64,000 nucleotides of DNA from Chrysomallon squamiferum (Eukaryota > Animalia > Mollusca), in contig CM022670.1 in assembly GCA_012295275.1 (NCBI GenBank), forward strand, positions 10,974,001-11,038,000. The letters run 5' to 3'. Made by a program: the position numbers and the translations under genes. Each line of letters begins with the position of its first letter. Positions within the stretch are counted from its first letter, which is position 1. Below are positions 62,518-64,000 of the stretch, one piece after another. Under the pieces are notes generated by a model that worked only from the letters and a program-made list of their open reading frames with translations, did not search any database and had not been told where the DNA came from.

Positions 62518-64000
62518 ATTATTTGTTGTTGATTTTATTTGTAGTTTTGCTGTTACTGTTACGGTTTTTTACTATTTTTGTTGTTATTATTACAGGTGTG
62601 TGTGATTTATCTTTTATTTTTGTTATTATTGTTGTTAGTTTTTTTTGTAATTGTTTTTGTTGTTGTCGTTGTTATTGTTGTTGTTGTTGTTGTTGTTGTT
62701 CCTAACATTAGATCAATTTGCAAAAGCCGCATCTCTATCATATTCGAATATGTTAACGATTATTTTAACATTTGTATCTGGAATATCATTCAGCCAGGAT
62801 TTTAAAATGTCATTTAAACTGATAAATGAAATTTCTTCAGATCTGGTTTTCATTGCATTTTTTTTTTTTTTTTTTTTGATAATATATACAAAATTCACTC
62901 GCACACAAATTAAAAACACTTTAAAAAAAAAATAAATAAAAATAAATAAATAAATAAAAATAACAAAAATAATAATAAAAAACAACAACAAAAAAAAAAA
63001 AAAAAGAGACACGGTTGTTACTGTACAAATGAAATGTTATTTATAAAGATACCTGATCTGATTCGCGGTGTATAAAAAGAACGAAATCTAGATATCAAAG
63101 AAGATGCCGTCTGCTTCTGTACTTCCTGACGTCTCTCTGAGAAACGCGTGCGAAACGCCAGCGTTGGTAAAATGATGAATTGGTCTGCTGCTCAGGCGTT
63201 GCAAACATCTATGTTTCTGCGAAACGAATCTACGTCTGGCACTAATTAACGACATGATTGTTTTTCCAGATTAATCAGAGGTAGCGTAACATATTAACAC
63301 AAAGATAATAAGAACTAGCTCCGAGCGGACCGTGTCTTTTTTTTTTTTTTTTTTTTTTTTTTTGACACAAGTGTCACATGACATCACGTCATATCCTGAT
63401 CTACTACGAACAGCACGCATGCTCTGCTTTGAGGTGAATAATTATTTTTTGAAGAAAAAAAAAAAAAAAAAAACGAAAAATAGAAAATCCCCATTATTCG
63501 ATTATTAGCATATTAATCATTATGATATTTTAATAAACAGAATGTACTATAATATATTAACATAATCCATTCAGAACTTATTTCTCAGAATAGTCGGTAT
63601 AGCTAGCACTACGTATTAAATAAAATTCGAGAAATCTGAATAGAAATTTTCCTGTAATTACACCCATACACAGCTAGCCTATGTACACTTTGTGAAATAG
63701 TGAAAAAAAAAAAAAGAACGTGCATTAATTATTATCAGTGCGCATTATTTTCATTTCTCATTATTTAAAACAGAGTTAACTGGCCTCGCATTATCATTAT
63801 ACGTAATAAATTTCACTGTTTTTTTCATAGATTTGTATAATTACTGTGCTTTAGCATTCTGTCCGCATCAGTTTCAAACGACGGTTTAAAAGTGCACCTA
63901 CTGAGGAGAATTTTTCATTTAAAAAAAAAAAACTGTTTTCGCCTGAATATCAAAATAAGGATACGAGAATTTCAATTTAAAAAAAAAAAAAAAAAAAAAA

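Noticed and set aside
56739-62935. Poly-Leu/Phe/Tyr/Ser/Cys ORFs
   Set aside because: Trinucleotide and poly-T low-complexity tracts.

Overview
AT-rich, microsatellite-dense animal genomic DNA with GT-AG spliceosomal introns; the repeat content suggests a mollusc (inference). Four main components. (1) A complete 10-exon, + strand alpha-carbonic anhydrase-related protein gene of the CA10/CA11 (CARP) type, 3436..28296, about 313 aa, with a TATA/Inr promoter. Its 13-kb first intron holds a decayed TcMar/pogo-type transposon. (2) A complete TRAPPC12 (TTC15) gene on the - strand, 11 coding exons, 43819..37142, 829 aa. (3) A decayed two-gene Harbinger/PIF transposon (accessory gene on +, DDE transposase on -) just upstream of TRAPPC12. 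(4) An intronless single-pass membrane ORF (48145..48894, -) with KCNE/MinK-like transmembrane features, flanked by in-frame stops and broken coding-like sequence. No multi-gene novel system was evident. Best leads: the KCNE-like ORF, the CARP that has lost only one of three zinc ligands, its possible second Cys-bearing C-terminus, and a tandem array of Pumilio-element-like motifs directly after the TRAPPC12 stop codon. Most ORF-track entries are microsatellite artefacts. All coordinates and translations were derived by hand and family calls come from recalled motifs; no database searches were run.
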